Assembly: GCA_963803145.1 (NCBI GenBank)
Contig: CAWDLW010000015.1
Location: 320,001 to 384,000 of the forward strand
Reading direction: 5' to 3'
Origin: Methanotrichaceae archaeon
Lineage (GTDB): Archaea > Halobacteriota > Methanosarcinia > Methanotrichales > Methanotrichaceae
Length of the DNA: 64,000 nt
Below are positions 21,609 to 31,989 of this stretch, piece after piece. Position 1 is the first letter of the stretch. Every line of letters begins with the position of its first letter. The notes under the pieces were generated by a model, which saw only the letters and a program-made list of their open reading frames with translations, had not been told where the DNA came from and ran no database searches. The position numbers and the translations under genes are program-made.

Positions 21609-21971
21609 TCAATGCTCAAAGAACCTCATCTCTATTTCATCCAAGATATCTGAGATGCATTTTTCTTTTGACTCCTCAACAACCCCAGGAAGATGTTTGT
21701 GGCAGGGAAACGTTGAGACTTCATGATGAGGCGCATTATCGTATCTGAATATCATTGCACCTTCCTTATCCATGAAGTGAAACCTATACTTTAATCGCTT
21801 ATCTCCCTTGAGGTATTCCATAAATTCCAGCAGCGATCCATCCATGAAGAGGAGCTTTCCTATCAGCATGCCTTCCGAGGGAGTAAATTCACGAAAATCC
21901 ACGCTCTTATCTGCAACGACCTTTGAATTCTCTATTCTCATCTCGACTTCACGGAAATAGTCAGAGATCAA
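21609..21971 (-). CDS. DUF6516 / TumE-like toxin
   Basis: F.DGS.L.F.E...KY.FH......IFRYDNAPHH...FP.HKH. Confidence 0.8.
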   Translation of the reverse strand: MISDYFREVEMRIENSKVVADKSVDFREFTPSEGMLIGKLLFMDGSLLEFMEYLKGDKRLKYRFHFMDKEGAMIFRYDNAPHHEVSTFPCHKHLPGVVEESKEKCISDILDEIEMRFFEH

Positions 21972-22246
21972 GTGGATAGCACCGCTTTTATCTTCGCTAG
22001 TTCATCTTCGATTGCCTTTTGGCCTTTGAGCAGGCCCCACCATTTAAAGCAATCCTGAGAATCACCCAGCTCTCCTGCCTCAAACCTGCTCATAAATTCA
22101 GCCGAGCTTATTCCATACTTCCGCTCAAGTTCGGCTATCCCCTCTGCCGTCAGCTTCCTCTTCATCTCCAATAGTCCCATCTCCCTTTCCAAGGATCTTC
22201 TTATTATTAGAGATGCATCTTCAGCAATTGAGGCATACATAAACAA
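21968..22246 (-). CDS. Cognate antitoxin-like protein (TumA-like)
   Basis: LERKYGISSAEF..RF.AGELGD..D.F.W; 4-bp overlap with toxin. Confidence 0.75.
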   Translation of the reverse strand: MFMYASIAEDASLIIRRSLEREMGLLEMKRKLTAEGIAELERKYGISSAEFMSRFEAGELGDSQDCFKWWGLLKGQKAIEDELAKIKAVLST

Positions 22247-22361
22247 TTAAAATTGCTTTTAGTTTTATAAAGCTTTTCAGGCTTGAAGATACTCTGACGA
22301 AGCTTCATCTTAACCTCGTCAACTTTATCGCCTGTATTTCCGGAAACTATAGTCCTAGACG

Positions 22362-22718
22362 TTACTCAAAAGTTGGTGCTGCAGGGTCACATGGGGCCTG
22401 CACAGATCGAGTGGGCATAGCTGGCGGCTCCTTTCCTGCCAGCTTTTCGATGAGGCTTCTATTGATATCCTTAAAGGCCCTTATGAAATCCGAGTCCTCG
22501 TTGACCGTGTAATAATTAGCATTGCCGCGCTTGGAGTCCAGCTTTATTAATCCCCATTCAAGAAACTTTTTTACTACAGGTATCGCCGCCTGACGCGAAA
22601 TATCGGACTCCTCGGCTATCTCGGTCATATTGAAATCATAACCCCTTTTAGATATAATGGATTCTATTATCCTCAATTCGCTAGTATCCCCGAACAGTTT
22701 CTCGAAGGGCTCCGCCAT
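22362..22718 (-). CDS. Winged-helix transcriptional regulator
   Basis: LFGDTSELRII...FNMTEIAEESDISRQ...WGLIK. Confidence 0.8.
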   Translation of the reverse strand: MAEPFEKLFGDTSELRIIESIISKRGYDFNMTEIAEESDISRQAAIPVVKKFLEWGLIKLDSKRGNANYYTVNEDSDFIRAFKDINRSLIEKLAGKEPPAMPTRSVQAPCDPAAPTFE

Positions 22719-23222
22719 ATATGTCTCCGATCTAAGTAAGTTTTCTTTCTATATATCAGTTTTGACAGCAGTGTTAACTTATCTTTACAAATGCCTAATT
22801 CTACCCGATGCAACATCGTAGTCATGTAAGCTAAGGGCGCTCTCGACCGTGGGGCGATCAGAAATGAAATACTTAGGATCGTTTTTCTTTTTTCGTGTCA
22901 AATAGCCTTTATTGGCCAGGCTTTTAGCGGCCTCTCTCTCACATCCTTATTATGTATTCTTTGGAATCCTTTATATAGCCTCAATAAGTTGAAACTGGAA
23001 TTGCTGGTAAAGCAACGCCTACTATATAATTTATCGAGAAGCCATAATTCATAATCCGCAAGACCGCATGGCAACTTGCCATCTCCTCGTTTTATGGATA
23101 AGGCTTCAGGCGAAAAAGGTTTTGGTGGATCATCAAGGAAAATGAAATATAGCTAAGGCTAATACCTCAGATTGCATCAAAGTCGCAAGCTTTGATACTA
23201 CAATAAAGGGATGAGCTAATCC

Positions 23223-23333
23223 TATCCTATTCAACCTTACAGTATATGTTTTCCAAAGCATTCCCCCAGCGAGGGGTTAGAGGTAGCCCACACGGCGACT
23301 GAATGCGCTATTAGGTCGCTAGTAGCCCCAAAA
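23223..23333 (+). repeat. ~120-bp repeat, copy 3 (diverged)
   Basis: ttcaacc...gttttccaaagcattcccccagcgaggggttagaggtagccc...gcgcta...tagcccca. Confidence 0.8.
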
Positions 23334-23364
23334 GCCGGGTTAGGAATGGCATAACCTAAAATAT

Positions 23365-24450
23365 TAGGACTTACGCATTTGCCGGAACTTTCTTATAATA
23401 TGGAGTTTATATTAAATGAGAAATGAGCTGGAGAAAGAGGCATTGAATCCGGCTAAATGCGATGATCTAGATTACATTCACTTTCTAATTGCATCGATGG
23501 ATGTTTTTTCCTGCACCGAAGCAGCTAGATGTCAGTTACCACGGGAAAATAATCCATCACATGATGCATTTACCCGTCTATTACAAAGACAGCCTCCTGA
23601 TACGGAAGCGTTATGGGATGAGGTTAAGAAATTCATCGGCACCCAAGACTGTTTCTTAATTCTTGACGATACAACATTGGACAAACCCTATGCCAAAAAG
23701 ATGGATTTAGTCTATCCCCTTTGGAGCGGAAAGCATCATAAAGTAGTAGAAGGAATCAATATTACTACATTGCTTTGGACGGATGGGACTCCAATAATTC
23801 CAGTTGATTTTCGAGTCTATGATAAAGATACTGATGGCAAATCAAAGAACAATCATTTTCGCGATATGTTGAGTAAAGCAAACGAACGTGGATTCAAGCC
23901 TGATTTTGTTCTTTTTGATAGCTGGTACTCTGGAATAGATAATCTCAAAGCATTAAGGAAATTCGGTTGGCATTGGTTTACTAGGTTGAAGAAAAATAGA
24001 TTAGTAAATCCTGATGATACTAAGAATATACCAATTGAGGAAATAGAGATCCCACCACAAGGCAGAATTGTGCATTTGAAGGCTTACGGTTTTATAAAAG
24101 TATTCAAGATTGTCTCCGATGATGGTGACATCGAATACTGGGCGACTGATTCATTGAAAATGAAAGAAACGAGGCGAAAAGTATTAAGTAAGCATTCTTG
24201 GAAAATCGAAGAATATCACAGAGGGATTAAACAATTCTGCGGAGTTGAGCGCTGTCAAGCAAGAAAAAGTCAGTCTCAGAGAGCACATATCTCTTTCTCT
24301 ATTAGAGCATTTCTCAGATTGGAGCTAAATCGACTTATCAAGGGCATAAGTTGGTTTGAAAGTAAGCGTAGAATTATTAGAAACGCTATTAGCACATACA
24401 GAGAATATCCCGATTTCTTATGGTTTATGGGCTCAACTGCGTAAGTCCTA
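23365..24450 (+). mobile_element. IS701-family insertion sequence, complete
   Basis: Terminal IRs taggacttacgca / tgcgtaagtccta; 5-bp flanking duplication aatat. Confidence 0.9.
23416..24444 (+). CDS. IS701-family transposase
   Basis: LDDTTLDKPY, FDSWY, WKIEEYHRGIKQ..GVE.CQAR DDE motifs. Confidence 0.92.
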   Translation: MRNELEKEALNPAKCDDLDYIHFLIASMDVFSCTEAARCQLPRENNPSHDAFTRLLQRQPPDTEALWDEVKKFIGTQDCFLILDDTTLDKPYAKKMDLVYPLWSGKHHKVVEGINITTLLWTDGTPIIPVDFRVYDKDTDGKSKNNHFRDMLSKANERGFKPDFVLFDSWYSGIDNLKALRKFGWHWFTRLKKNRLVNPDDTKNIPIEEIEIPPQGRIVHLKAYGFIKVFKIVSDDGDIEYWATDSLKMKETRRKVLSKHSWKIEEYHRGIKQFCGVERCQARKSQSQRAHISFSIRAFLRLELNRLIKGISWFESKRRIIRNAISTYREYPDFLWFMGSTA

Positions 24451-24619
24451 AATATATTGGCACCTACAAAAATCGAACCTGGAGATGAATATGCTTTAAG
24501 ATTCAATCTTCTCCACACTCTTCATAATCCTGCTCTAGCTCTTTGATGAGATCCTCATCGTATTCAGTAATACCCATAAAACCGTAATACTGCCAGGTCT
24601 TGATAACTTGCGCTCTCAT
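24451..24619 (-). pseudogene. Degenerate second antitoxin (38 aa, 24619-24503) plus the start of a second PIN toxin cut by IS701
   Basis: MRAQ...DEDLIKELEQDYEECGED overlaps the PIN stop; then TTG NLKAYSSPGSIFVGANIF resembles the IFIDSNIF PIN start. Confidence 0.55.
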
Positions 24620-25122
24620 GGCTTGTAGATATCTATGTCACCAATCCTTCCAAAATCACCATCATTGGTTGCGATATTGGTGATGCCTCTGGTCTTCATA
24701 AATGCTATATGGGTGGCATCGGAAATTAAGAGGCCATGTTTATTCGATAGGTCAACCGCCATATCAATTATCGCTACATCGACGCCATGGATGACAAGGG
24801 GATACTCCCTTATCCTAGCATAATCCCTCCAAACCTGTGAAAGTCTGGAAATAGCCTCTGGTCGCTCCTTTAGGAGCTTTATTGTATCACGTTCAGACCT
24901 TAGCTTATAGACTCTGGCTGTTTCGGCAAGGATTAGTTTGTGGATGACTTCATTTAGCACTTGAGTAGACGTAGAAGCTGAGTAAATATCTGCTTCAACC
25001 TTTTTTAAAAATGCCATGCACGAGTTTCTGAACCTTGGATGACCGAGGACATCGTATAAAAATATATTGGAATCAATAAAGATCTCAGATGCTGATGGAA
25101 GCTGCTCCAGCGATTTTATCAA
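24616..25122 (-). CDS. vapC: PIN domain toxin (VapC family)
   Basis: IFIDSNIF, E, DATH, TNDGDF acidic tetrad. Confidence 0.9.
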   Translation of the reverse strand: MIKSLEQLPSASEIFIDSNIFLYDVLGHPRFRNSCMAFLKKVEADIYSASTSTQVLNEVIHKLILAETARVYKLRSERDTIKLLKERPEAISRLSQVWRDYARIREYPLVIHGVDVAIIDMAVDLSNKHGLLISDATHIAFMKTRGITNIATNDGDFGRIGDIDIYKP

Positions 25123-25337
25123 AGCCAGTCCTCAGAATCTATTATTTCGTCGATTAAATTTATATCATCGAGCTTGATAGAATCAGTGATCTCCTCAGTA
25201 ATGCTTTTTACTGGCTTGATAAGTAGTTCCCCCGCTTTAACGCTCAAAGCTACTTTCTTACCTTCGCTAAGCCCTAGCTCAGATAATATAGAGCTAGGAA
25301 GCTCAAGCACTCCGCCCTTCCGGATTATCGCCTCCAA
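25119..25337 (-). CDS. vapB: AbrB/MazE-type antitoxin (VapB)
   Basis: G.LELP..I...LGL.EG..V.L......L.IKP; acidic tail; overlaps vapC. Confidence 0.85.
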   Translation of the reverse strand: MEAIIRKGGVLELPSSILSELGLSEGKKVALSVKAGELLIKPVKSITEEITDSIKLDDINLIDEIIDSEDWL

Positions 25338-25507
25338 ATTAATCCCCGCTTACAGTCAATTTTACACGACTTAAATAGGATATGAGATGTCAAACCTTTA
25401 TAAAAGCCATTCATAATATAGATTCCCCATGATCTAGAGAGGTGCCTATATTGACGTCCCTTCTTTCTATTTTAGGTCTTATGGCACTGCTAATATTCAC
25501 GAACCTG

Positions 25508-25630
25508 AACTTCGTTTTGAGGCTAAAACTAATGGCGATCCTAGCGCGCTCAATCGCCGCGCAGGCTGCCCCCCTAACCCCTCTCTGGGAGAAGGTTCTG
25601 GATCTGCAGGCAATAAGGTTGATGGGAATA
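25508..25630 (-). repeat. ~120-bp repeat, copy 4 (inverted)
   Basis: Reverse complement tattcccatcaacc...cccagagaggggttaggggggcagcctgcgcggcgattgagcgcgctag...ttagttttagcc. Confidence 0.85.
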
Positions 25631-25662
25631 TATAGACGACTCCTATCCTGAGAAATTCAGCC

Positions 25663-25983
25663 CTAATCTTGCGCCTTCCGATTCTCCTTCAGCCTTTTCA
25701 GAGCCTCGCCATAGTCATCTCTAAAGTAATCTAGATCCTTCTGCGTATATTTATCGGAGATATAATCGGTGAGTTTTCTCTCAGCCTCTATTCCCAACCC
25801 TGCCTTCGTTATACAATCCAGAAACGCCTTCAAGTAATCTGAGAACTCATCCGCATAATAGCCATTGGAGTCATCCACCTCATCCATTCGCTCCTCGATG
25901 GTCTCAAAAAGCGCCTGGTATATCTTGGCAGCCTCAAGGAAGTTCTTCCTTTGCAAGAATTTATGTTTACAAGCTATAAACAT
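25663..25983 (-). pseudogene. C-terminal fragment of a helical protein (type found in SWIM-finger-associated proteins)
   Basis: EAAKIYQAL.E.I...MD.VDDSNGYY.D.F; no convincing start. Confidence 0.45.
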
Positions 25984-26054
25984 TTTGTTTACAGGCTGGC
26001 AACAATATGTTTACGCCATGTACCATGTAAACTTCGGGATTCAACTGGAACCAG

Positions 26055-26738
26055 CTATATCATTCCTAAATACACTGGAACTGCTATCAGTATCGTGGGC
26101 ACCGCCACAACTGTCCAGACGATATGGCTGCTGCGCCATATCTTCGCCCCATCCAGGGGACCAAAGGGCAGTAGATTGAAGGCCGCCAGCACCAAATTTA
26201 TGAATAGTGCAAAATTTATGGCGCCAAACCATAGTCCGCTCGTTGCAGCGCCGCTAATGATCAGCGCGAAGAATAATATTGCTAATACTATGTTCGTCAG
26301 AGGACCGGCCAGGGATATCCATAGCTCCTCTTTTCTTTCCCTTTCAGCCTCGGATTGTCCTGTCGATCCCGACGACACACCAGCCCAGTAGGCATCCTCG
26401 GACATCGGATGTGCCTTGTAGATCATCACAGCACCGGGGGCTGCGAGTATAAATCCAAAAAGTGCCATGACGATGATGAGTACCAGACCAGGCCGATTCG
26501 CCCTGTACTCTGCCCAGTAGCCGTACCTTTGGGCAACGAACTTATGAGCCATCTCATGCAGCAGGAAGCCTGTGCCTGTGCCAATCGCTGATACGAAGAG
26601 CACATCTGCGCTTGGCATACGCCGCTCGCCTAAGATTGCGAAACCGACAGTAAGCGCTATCAGAGATAAGAGCAGATCAACCAGCTCTGTATTTCCGATC
26701 CTGCTGAAGTTGCTCATATACGCCAACAAAACTGCCAT
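26055..26738 (-). CDS. Site-2 protease / peptidase M50 family
   Basis: HEMAH, AGPLTN, FNLLPFGPLDG. Confidence 0.92.
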   Translation of the reverse strand: MAVLLAYMSNFSRIGNTELVDLLLSLIALTVGFAILGERRMPSADVLFVSAIGTGTGFLLHEMAHKFVAQRYGYWAEYRANRPGLVLIIVMALFGFILAAPGAVMIYKAHPMSEDAYWAGVSSGSTGQSEAERERKEELWISLAGPLTNIVLAILFFALIISGAATSGLWFGAINFALFINLVLAAFNLLPFGPLDGAKIWRSSHIVWTVVAVPTILIAVPVYLGMI

Positions 26739-26959
26739 CTAACTGCCATCTATATCAGTCTATTGATGCTAATTTTGAGACGATAAGAGCGATAGAACAG
26801 CGACTGAATGTGGAATTGATTAGATATTGAATAATCGAGTGCTGAACGCGGATAGAATAAGAACTTCTAGATTGACGATATTTCCTAGATTGCTGAAGAG
26901 GGGCATCCGAGTCGCATTAGTAGCATTCGGCTCAGTACCTCATCAGCTTTTTTTGTGAA

Positions 26960-27268
26960 TCATGCGTGTGCTCTGGCCTGTGAAGCAGTTCCTGCTGATC
27001 TGCTCCTTCGATTCCTGGCTGCATGGCGGGTGCGTTTTCCCACTACATCTGATATCTTTACCCATTCGCCCGTTTCTTCATCCTTCTTGTACTCCTCTTT
27101 CACAGCAGACCATGCTGCCTCATGGGAGTCCTTCTCGCGCGCAAGATCGTCTTCGGCATCAGAATAATCATCCCAGGCGCTGTTGAAGGCCTTCATATAG
27201 ATCGTCTTGGCACGGCTAGGAAGATTGCGGACACTTTTGGGCAACTCGTTTATGTTCTCGTAAGGCAT
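26960..27268 (-). CDS. chaB: ChaB family protein
   Basis: MPY....ELP.SVR.LP..A..IY.KAFNSAW...AWSAVK..Y.K....W. Confidence 0.9.
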   Translation of the reverse strand: MPYENINELPKSVRNLPSRAKTIYMKAFNSAWDDYSDAEDDLAREKDSHEAAWSAVKEEYKKDEETGEWVKISDVVGKRTRHAARNRRSRSAGTASQARAHA

Positions 27269-27402
27269 CTATACACCCCCTGCGTTTGTTGTGTGCAGGT
27301 AACCTAGTAACTATGGAGAAGGTAGTTTAAAGGTTTTCTGGTTGCTGTGTCTTAGTGTGTCACGGCATATTGATATAACCATATACAGTTGCCTCAATTG
27401 TG

Positions 27403-28574
27403 GGTAGTCTACCTTAGATAAGTTGTTATATTATCAACTGCAATCATATAATTGGAGGAATACAATGATGAATGAACAATTGGTTCCTCCAAGCACGTTT
27501 TGCTGGAACCAAGAGTGTATCGACTATTGCAAAGTAAAAAATGAAAACATCATAAAATTTGGCCGAACCGCCAAAGGAACACAACGCTATCGATGTAAGA
27601 CCTGTGGGAAGACATTCGTTGAAAACATAGGTACAGTATTCTATGGTCGCCATCATAGCCAGGATACAATTCTAAAATGCTTAGCCTTGCTGGCCGAACG
27701 CAATAGTCTGGCATCCATCCATCGGGTTATGGGGATTAAAGAAGAAACAGTTATGGATTGGCTTCACGAAGCAGCTAGCCACGTTGAAGAGCTAGAGGCT
27801 CTAATGCTTGCAAACTATAAACTGACTCGTGTTCAACTGGATGCTATGTGGTCATACGTAGGAAATAAAGGCGAAAAGGGGGCTATCCAGAAGAGAACGA
27901 TCGTGGTAGCTTCTGGCGCGGTACAACGATAGATATGGATACTCGCCTTAGAGTTGGGCGGTCAATCAGGAAGAGTGAAAGCGAAGTCTCTATGGAATTG
28001 ATGGCCCAGTTGAAGGCTCGTGGTAATCCGGATAAACCTCCTGCTATCGCTACTGATGGCTATGATAGTTATCCGGAGGATATGCTTGAGACTTGGGGGA
28101 AAGTACCTGAATACTCTGGTAGAGGAAGACCGCCTACTCGAAAGAAGTCTGAGCCTGATTGGAAATGCATTCAGATAATCAAAACACGATCTGGAGGGCA
28201 TCTTGTTAGTATCCACTACAAAGTTGTCTTTGGTGATACGAAAGGGGTCTGTGATCTAATGGGCACCCATACTGCCTATATCGAGAGGACTCATCTAACA
28301 TCCAGACAGATGAATGGGCGATTTGTTAGAAAGACCATTTCGTTCTCTAAAGAGATCGAGATGCATAGGGTTTCTTGTGCCTGGGAAGATTGGGTTTATA
28401 ATTTGGCCAGGCCTAACAAGTCGTTACGAATCGATTCAGCAGAATCAAAGCGACGCTGGACGCAAAGATCTCCAGCTATGGCTGCAGGTTTGACTGATCA
28501 TATTTGGACTATAAAAGAAATCCTTATGAATGTCGTGGTTCCAGACGGGAGCAACATGAAATAGGTAGACTACC
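27403..28574 (+). mobile_element. IS1-family (ISMhu11-like) insertion sequence, complete
   Basis: IRs ggtagtctacct / aggtagactacc; 8-bp duplication caattgtg at 27395-27402 and 28575-28582. Confidence 0.9.
27465..28564 (+). CDS. IS1-family transposase (two frames, probable frameshift near ggcgaaaaggggg)
   Basis: Zn ribbon C..C/RYRCKTC, HTH, QLDAMWSYV, TDG, IERTHLT.R. Confidence 0.85.
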
Positions 28575-28676
28575 CAATTGTGTTTAGCTCATTAAAGCGA
28601 AAGTATGCAATAGAAACTTATTCCAGCTCTATGATAACACCTTGATTGGACTATAAAAGCTTTAAAGCCAGGGCTA

Positions 28677-28976
28677 TTAAAGCTTATTGAAGTTTCTGAT
28701 AAGATCTGAGGCATCCTCCTTGCTCAGGTTCATACGCATCATCCTCGTTATAACGCAGCGTAGTGCTTCCTTCTCAGACTTCACTGGAATGCTGTCCTCG
28801 GATTTGGATGCAAGCCCATATGTTTCAAAGAGATGTTCCCGCTCATCCGAATGCCACGACGTCCCCCATTTTCCGAACATCTCTGCAGCATGGTCCAAAA
28901 GGTGCTGGTCGAACATCTCTGGCCGCCTGCAACCCTCTATCTGCCTCAGGAATTCCGCCTTCTTCAGAACAATCAC
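28677..28976 (-). CDS. Hypothetical protein
   Basis: 99-aa ORF with protein-like composition. Confidence 0.6.
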   Translation of the reverse strand: MIVLKKAEFLRQIEGCRRPEMFDQHLLDHAAEMFGKWGTSWHSDEREHLFETYGLASKSEDSIPVKSEKEALRCVITRMMRMNLSKEDASDLIRNFNKL

Positions 28977-29145
28977 CTGAGCCCCATTAATCCCTAATGG
29001 ATTTAGCCATTTCTTACCGTTCTCTCAACGCTTAATTGATGATCTATGTAGATACTATAAGGCTGAAACAGGATGCTCAAGAATCATTAATATTTATAGA
29101 AATTTATAACCAATTCATGGCTGGCGGCTAACCAGTAGTGATCAA

Positions 29146-29190
29146 GTGAACTCCACTCACGGCCTGAAGGATGGGGACTTCCCGCTTCGT
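29146..29190 (+). mobile_element. Possible IS200/IS605 end remnant
   Basis: gtgaactccactcacggcctgaaggatggggacttcccgc resembles IS605-type subterminal hairpins. Confidence 0.35.
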
Positions 29191-29249
29191 CCTTCGCAAT
29201 CCTACAAGTTAAATTCCAAAAAAAGGTTCAGAAGGGACAGTTTTATATT

Positions 29250-30392
29250 TTATACGTAACCGGCTGTTCCGGGCTCAACATAGATAATCTTAGGTACGCC
29301 GCTCTGGAAGTATATGCTCTTTGGATAGTTGAACTGGCCATCAGATACCCTTATATCGTGGTACATGTTGCCCTTCACATTGAAGCTGAAGCTCCCATCG
29401 CCACTGGTTTCACTGCCGATGTATGCCCCATCTAGAAAGACCTGATATCCTCTCATCCCGTTGGACTTGATGGTCACAGGAACATCCCCTGTTGTGGGAA
29501 CGGGTGTTGCTACAGGTGCTGGTCCAGGCACTTGATTATACTGCTGGCTAGTTTGCTGCTGGTTATATTGTTGGCCATATTGCTGAGTGTATTGCTGGCT
29601 GTAAGTCTGAGTGTATTGGTTCGATCCCTGGTTGGCAGGTCCTTGTGGCGGCATCTGCTGCGTCGGGATCTGTTGAGGAGCAGGCGCTGGGATCACATCG
29701 ACTATTATGGCATTGCTCGGCTGGCCGTTTGCAATGAACAGCAGGATATGTCTTCCGATATTATCTGCAGCAAAATACATGTTATTATAGAGACTGTAGA
29801 GCGAATATTGCTTGCTCGTGACGTTCATAGCCGCAACCGGGAAGTTCGTCTGGAATATCTCATATAGCTCAGCCTGGCCGCCTGCAGGAGTAAAGGCCAT
29901 TAGCTGAAGTCCAGTTCCAACAGGGCATACGACATATTGGGACCAATCTGACATTCCCTGTATCCAGAGCTCATTTCCTCTGCTGGATGAAACGGCAGAT
30001 GTGTACTGCGAATATGCCATCTTGTGGCCGCTTACATAAATCTCAGAGGGCATCTTATGAGTGATATCCACTCGGGTAGGAATGCTCACTATTCCCATTA
30101 CAGGCATAGGCGTGCCAGTGTAGTACTCCCTGAAGAACGAATATGCTTGGCTGAAGTTATAGGATGAGTCTGATGCAGTATTGAACTGGAAGTCAAATCC
30201 CGGCATATCAGCTCCGAATCCAGGAACTGTAAAGTTAAAGAGGTCTTCATTATCCATTCCGCTGGTCAGGCCTAAGGATTGCTGCATAGAGAATCCGCTC
30301 TGTGCGGCTGCAGATCCCATGAAGAGTGCCAGAAAGATTAAACATATAACCCTAAATTTCATCAATCGCACCTCGGCTGGAGGTCTGCCCAT
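29250..30392 (-). CDS. Secreted/surface protein with Q/P-rich linker and PEGA-like C-terminus
   Basis: Signal peptide MKFRVICLIFLALF; QQY repeats; YQVFLDG.YIG. Confidence 0.8.
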   Translation of the reverse strand: MGRPPAEVRLMKFRVICLIFLALFMGSAAAQSGFSMQQSLGLTSGMDNEDLFNFTVPGFGADMPGFDFQFNTASDSSYNFSQAYSFFREYYTGTPMPVMGIVSIPTRVDITHKMPSEIYVSGHKMAYSQYTSAVSSSRGNELWIQGMSDWSQYVVCPVGTGLQLMAFTPAGGQAELYEIFQTNFPVAAMNVTSKQYSLYSLYNNMYFAADNIGRHILLFIANGQPSNAIIVDVIPAPAPQQIPTQQMPPQGPANQGSNQYTQTYSQQYTQQYGQQYNQQQTSQQYNQVPGPAPVATPVPTTGDVPVTIKSNGMRGYQVFLDGAYIGSETSGDGSFSFNVKGNMYHDIRVSDGQFNYPKSIYFQSGVPKIIYVEPGTAGYV

Positions 30393-30641
30393 ATCGTATA
30401 TAGCTTTGAGTTTCCTGTGAACCTCATCTAGAGATCACGAGAACAGAGACGGCGATCTGAATGTCTCATATGACCCCGGAGAGGGATACGTTTGATCTAA
30501 TTTTACCGGCTGCAATTTAAACTGCATAATATCGGGTCAAGTGGGGGACCGCGAGATTGAGCTGAGTTGAAGACAATGCGGGAAATCTTAATGATTCAGC
30601 AACTAGCAAAGGATAATATATCTGCCCAAAAACATGGTTCG

Positions 30642-30911
30642 TTAATCATCAGATTCATTGGCAGCAATCATAGCTTCGATAGGCTTAAGACGCTCAATGA
30701 ATGCGAGCCCTTTATTGGTTGTTTTATATAAGGTGACTGGTCCATCTATTGTTTCCAAAAATCCGTTGTTGACCAGCCCTTCCAAGTAATGGTTTGTAAC
30801 TTTGAAATTAAGATTGCAGGCATAGACGATCCTAGTTTTGGCTGCCCCTTCGCCTCTGCAGACTTCCAGGATTTTAAAAGAGATCTGTTCTTTGCTCCTT
30901 CTTCGATTCAT
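30642..30911 (-). CDS. Archaeal winged-helix regulator (HTH_45-like)
   Basis: RRS..I...IL..C...KT.IVY..NLNF...YL..L...YKTT.KG. Confidence 0.85.
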   Translation of the reverse strand: MNRRRSKEQISFKILEVCRGEGAAKTRIVYACNLNFKVTNHYLEGLVNNGFLETIDGPVTLYKTTNKGLAFIERLKPIEAMIAANESDD

Positions 30912-31329
30912 CTAAATATAATGAGGGCTTAATACATATAAAAGTATCTGAATCAGATTACTTATCAAACTTCGAATTTTCTTCAAAGGTGGAATAGACT
31001 AGACAACCATCAATCTTTCCTATGGCTTATGCCAGAATTAGTGGACCTTACAATCAAAATACCAGTACGTGGACGACTTAATCACATAGGATTGAGAGTA
31101 TGGCGAATATGAGTTCAGCAGATATCAATGGGTATTTGAGAGGCGTAAATCATCCGACAGTTGAATAGGGCCTTCCAGCAGGGAATCTCGTTGGTAAGCT
31201 ATATGCTGATCTAATAGGCAATAGATCTGCTTTTGCTTTTCTCTAATATTCAGAACGCCACTTTGCCATAGGCATGAGGGCAGAGCAATAAAATTGCCAA
31301 ATATATTCCATTATTAGTTTTATTATCGC

Positions 31330-31629
31330 TCAGTGATGGGATGAGGCCAGGGCTGCGTCTGCCTCGTTGATTATCTCATCTGCATGGAACTCACGGTTTA
31401 CATCTTTTGCAAAGCTTACGGGTCTATATGCTGCCTCGCCCGGTTTATCGAGCATTGCTACCTGTTCACGATACCATCCAGCAACATCGCCTATATTATC
31501 GCCCATATCCTTCGGCAAGGGATCTATAAATGCAAAGCATAGAGGTCGAGATCTGCCCGCGTAGCCTGCTTCTACCCCATCGGTTCTGTACTCTTTAGCA
31601 GTATGTTTGTACTCCGAAGTTCCAAGCAT
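31330..31629 (-). CDS. Hypothetical protein
   Basis: 99-aa ATG ORF with upstream TATA-like tract. Confidence 0.5.
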   Translation of the reverse strand: MLGTSEYKHTAKEYRTDGVEAGYAGRSRPLCFAFIDPLPKDMGDNIGDVAGWYREQVAMLDKPGEAAYRPVSFAKDVNREFHADEIINEADAALASSHH

Positions 31630-31989
31630 TTTTGCGCACCAATAACATAATAAATCGCAATATCTTATAAATGTTTTCCTATTTTATAATTACATTAAAT
31701 AGAAGTAAATATAATGCGAGCGCGCGGAGAGTATCCTATAAATTGTGGACGAATTATTCGCGATAGCATATAATCATGATAGAAAACTATTATCAGAATA
31801 AGTAACGGGATTGTATTTGACTCAATGCCGATAGATACGATAAAGTTTTAGCGTTGGCAAAGCTCATTCTTAAGTAGGCTGTTAGATCGGAATATGAATT
31901 CTATGAAATAGAAAATCAAGGCTCTTTCAAAGAGCGGCTGCCTTTTAATAGAAAATAATGGCCATTCTGTTTGACCTAATAGCCCTAGC

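Noticed and set aside
22780-23060. Possible small gene upstream of the winged-helix regulator
   Set aside because: The frame appears broken at a gagagagag tract and I cannot assign a family.
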